A stretch of DNA of 63,952 nt, the filler included, from Octopus bimaculoides (taxonomy: Eukaryota), in the NCBI RefSeq assembly GCF_001194135.2. It is 5 parts of 5 records of this genome, joined end to end, with 100 filler letters (N's around TTAATTAATTAA, not from the genome) between each part and the next. Parts side by side here need not be neighbours in the genome. Positions count along the whole stretch, not along the records: positions 56,101 to 62,746 come from NC_068986.1; positions 62,847 to 63,952 come from NW_026363010.1; 3 more parts are not named here. One strand, 5' to 3'. The notes under the pieces were generated by a model, which saw nothing but the letters and a program-made list of their open reading frames with translations, ran no database searches and was not told the DNA's origin. The stretch's first letter is position 1. Every line of letters begins with the position of its first letter. Shown here in pieces: positions 61,879-63,952 of the stretch. Both the position numbers and the translations under genes were made by a program.

Positions 61879-61959
61879 GCTCATACTTTATTCTCTGAGC
61901 ATGAGCACTGCGTCACTACAAATGATGTAATGCTCATACTCAGAGAATAAAATTTGAGC
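61879..61959. repeat. 81-nt near-perfect hairpin
   Basis: gctcatactttattctctgagcatgagca versus tgctcatactcagagaataaaatttgagc: 26/29 complementary, with further pairing tgcgtca/tgatgta inside. Confidence 0.85.
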
Positions 61960-62265
61960 CCTGAGCTTTTTGAGGCGATCCTAATAGTCAAGGTTGTCAT
62001 ACCATTTATTTTCTTTTAATTTTTCCAAAATTCAATTGCTTTCCATACTTACAGTTGAAAAAGTCTCAATGACTGAAACCGGTACTGAAATGTTTTTTAT
62101 AAAATTATTTTAGCATTTTCCACCTTGACTTTTTTACCATATATATCAACTCGTGTGTTCCTTTTCAACCTTCTACATACATACATATATATACATATAT
62201 ATATATATACATATATATATGTAAGCCATGGCCAAACAGTTGTATGATCAATAGTATTCCAGCGA

Positions 62266-62314
<49 letters not shown>

Positions 62315-62361
62315 CTCTCTATATATATATAGAGAGCGTGGCACTATATATGATATATATA

Positions 62362-62742
62362 GTGTAGCACTCCGTCGGTTACGACGACGTGGGATCCAGT
62401 TGATCCGATCAACGGAACAGCCTGCTCGTGAAATTAATGTGCAAGTAGCTGAGAACCCTACAGAGATGTGTACCGTTAGCGTAGTTCTCGGGGAGGTGCA
62501 GCGTGACACAGAGCGTGACAAGGCTGGCCTTTTGAAATACAGGTACAGAAACAGGAAGAAAGAATGAGAGGAAGCTGTGGTGAAAGAGTACAGCAGGGTT
62601 CGCCACCCCCACCCCCACCGGAGCCTAGTGGAGCTTTAGGTGTTTTTGTTCAATAAACACTCACAACGCCTGGTCTGGGAATCGAAACCTCGATCCTGCG
62701 ACCGCTAGTCCGGTGCCCTAACCACTGGGCCATTGCGACTCC
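62362..62742 (-). mobile_element. tRNA-derived SINE, third family
   Basis: Minus head ggagtcgcaatggcccagtggttagggcac...ggtttcgattcccagacc has clear A and B boxes. A unique body of about 300 nt follows, ending at a (TA)/(TATC) microsatellite. It may belong to the published octopus OR-type SINEs (unverified). Confidence 0.85.
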
Positions 62743-62929
62743 ATATNNNNNNNNNNNNNNNNNNNNNNNNNNNNNNNNNNNNNNNNNNNNTTAATTAATT
62801 AANNNNNNNNNNNNNNNNNNNNNNNNNNNNNNNNNNNNNNNNNNNNTGATGATGACGATGATGATGATGATGATGATCTTATATTTTGGTACAAGGCCTG
62901 CAATTTTCGGGAGTGGATGTTATTATTAT

Positions 62930-63400
62930 GTGAGAGGGCAGTGCACGTCATCAAAGTGACGCTGGGGTAAAATATACAAAGTCCAGTATATCCATCATGA
63001 CTACCGGTCTGATAAGGGTACACCAGGCACATGCATCACAACCATATGTGCGCGACATAGTGATCTCATATCAAGGCAAACGGCACATGACCTTGCTGGT
63101 GGGGCCCAGTTAGAATTTTCTTCAAGTCGAGTAGCCCACCCCGCTCAAAAGGTCCCTGAATAAGGGCTGTTTAAGAATGTTTAACAAAACACCCATGTTT
63201 CCAAAGGTGAATTATCCAAACCCCAAAGAATTCCTCTCAACACTTGGCTATGATGCTCCCCAACTACTTCTGCTCGTGATCAGAGATGTACATATCGTCA
63301 GCCACCAAGGGACATGCTCAACCGATTAAGGTCAAACACCTGACAAGCAAATCTGTGCTATTGAGCAGAATATTTGCTGTAGTCCATCTTTTTATACCAA
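62930..63400 (+). mobile_element. Repeat family C, longest copy
   Basis: Contains both the segment found at 32283-32350 and the segment found inverted at 1760-1960. Confidence 0.75.
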
Positions 63401-63407
63401 GACAAAG

Positions 63408-63620
63408 TGGCGAGCTGGCAGGATCGTTAGCACGTTGAACGAAATGCTTAGCGATATTCCGTCCGTCGCTACGTTCTAAGTTGAAATTCAGCCGAGATCG
63501 ACTTTGTCTTTCATCCTTGCGGATTCGATAAAATTAGTACCAGTTGTGTACTGAGGTCAATGTAATCGACTATCCCTGTCCCCCAAATTTCAGGCCTTGT
63601 GGCTATAGTAGAAAGGGTTA
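63408..63620 (+). mobile_element. SINE family B
   Basis: gtggcgagctggcaggatcgttagcacg...cgttctaagttgaaattc...caaatttcaggccttgtggctatagtagaaag. Confidence 0.85.
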
Positions 63621-63648
63621 AATATGATTGTTATTATTATTATTATTA

Positions 63649-63690
<42 letters not shown>

Positions 63691-63698
63691 GCAGCAGC

Positions 63699-63732
<34 letters not shown>

Positions 63733-63952
63733 TGAGATGCCAGTTATGTCAATATAAAGTTGATATGGGTAGTTATAATGATTAAATATGAATTGATAAA
63801 GAAAAATTGTGGACCACAAATTCTGAAAATCCACCCATTTACCACTTACTCACTACCCACATATCTACTTGCAATCCTCTCCACCCCGTCCGTCTGTCCA
63901 CCACCTCTGATAATGATCTAAGGATAAGAAACCGCAGAAACCACAGCTATAA

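Noticed and set aside
60607-62742. tRNA-like A/B-box sequences as tRNA genes
   Set aside because: They are multicopy SINE heads without a complete cloverleaf and are followed by SINE bodies.

Overview
AT-rich eukaryotic scaffold window with many N-gaps, dominated by microsatellites and decayed transposable elements. The SINE/LINE families and microsatellite density suggest an octopus (coleoid cephalopod) draft assembly; this is inferred from recalled repeat families, not from a search. I found no intact host protein-coding gene, rRNA, tRNA gene or CRISPR array. Almost every ORF in the track is a microsatellite translation, a gap-spanning artefact or a TE fragment. Retroelements recognised: two Penelope-like elements (one with a clean inverted 5' segment, one with an RT, Asn-rich linker and GIY-YIG layout), two R4/Dong-type LINEs, RTE LINE 3' ends, CR1-like and Ty3/Gypsy remnants, and several SINE families. 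DNA transposons recognised: three IS630-Tc1-mariner lineages (DD37D maT, DD41D rosa/Visitor, DD34D mariner), a deleted Tc1, and a hAT MITE with an exact 8-bp TSD inside an RT active-site motif. The most notable unannotated signal is five minimal type I hammerhead-ribozyme motifs in unrelated contexts, each with a palindromic helix III, plus several long inverted repeats. These match known Penelope/retrozyme biology. I do not claim a new system; the best candidates for one are the small hammerhead-bearing non-autonomous elements. TE boundaries are approximate unless TIRs or TSDs are quoted.
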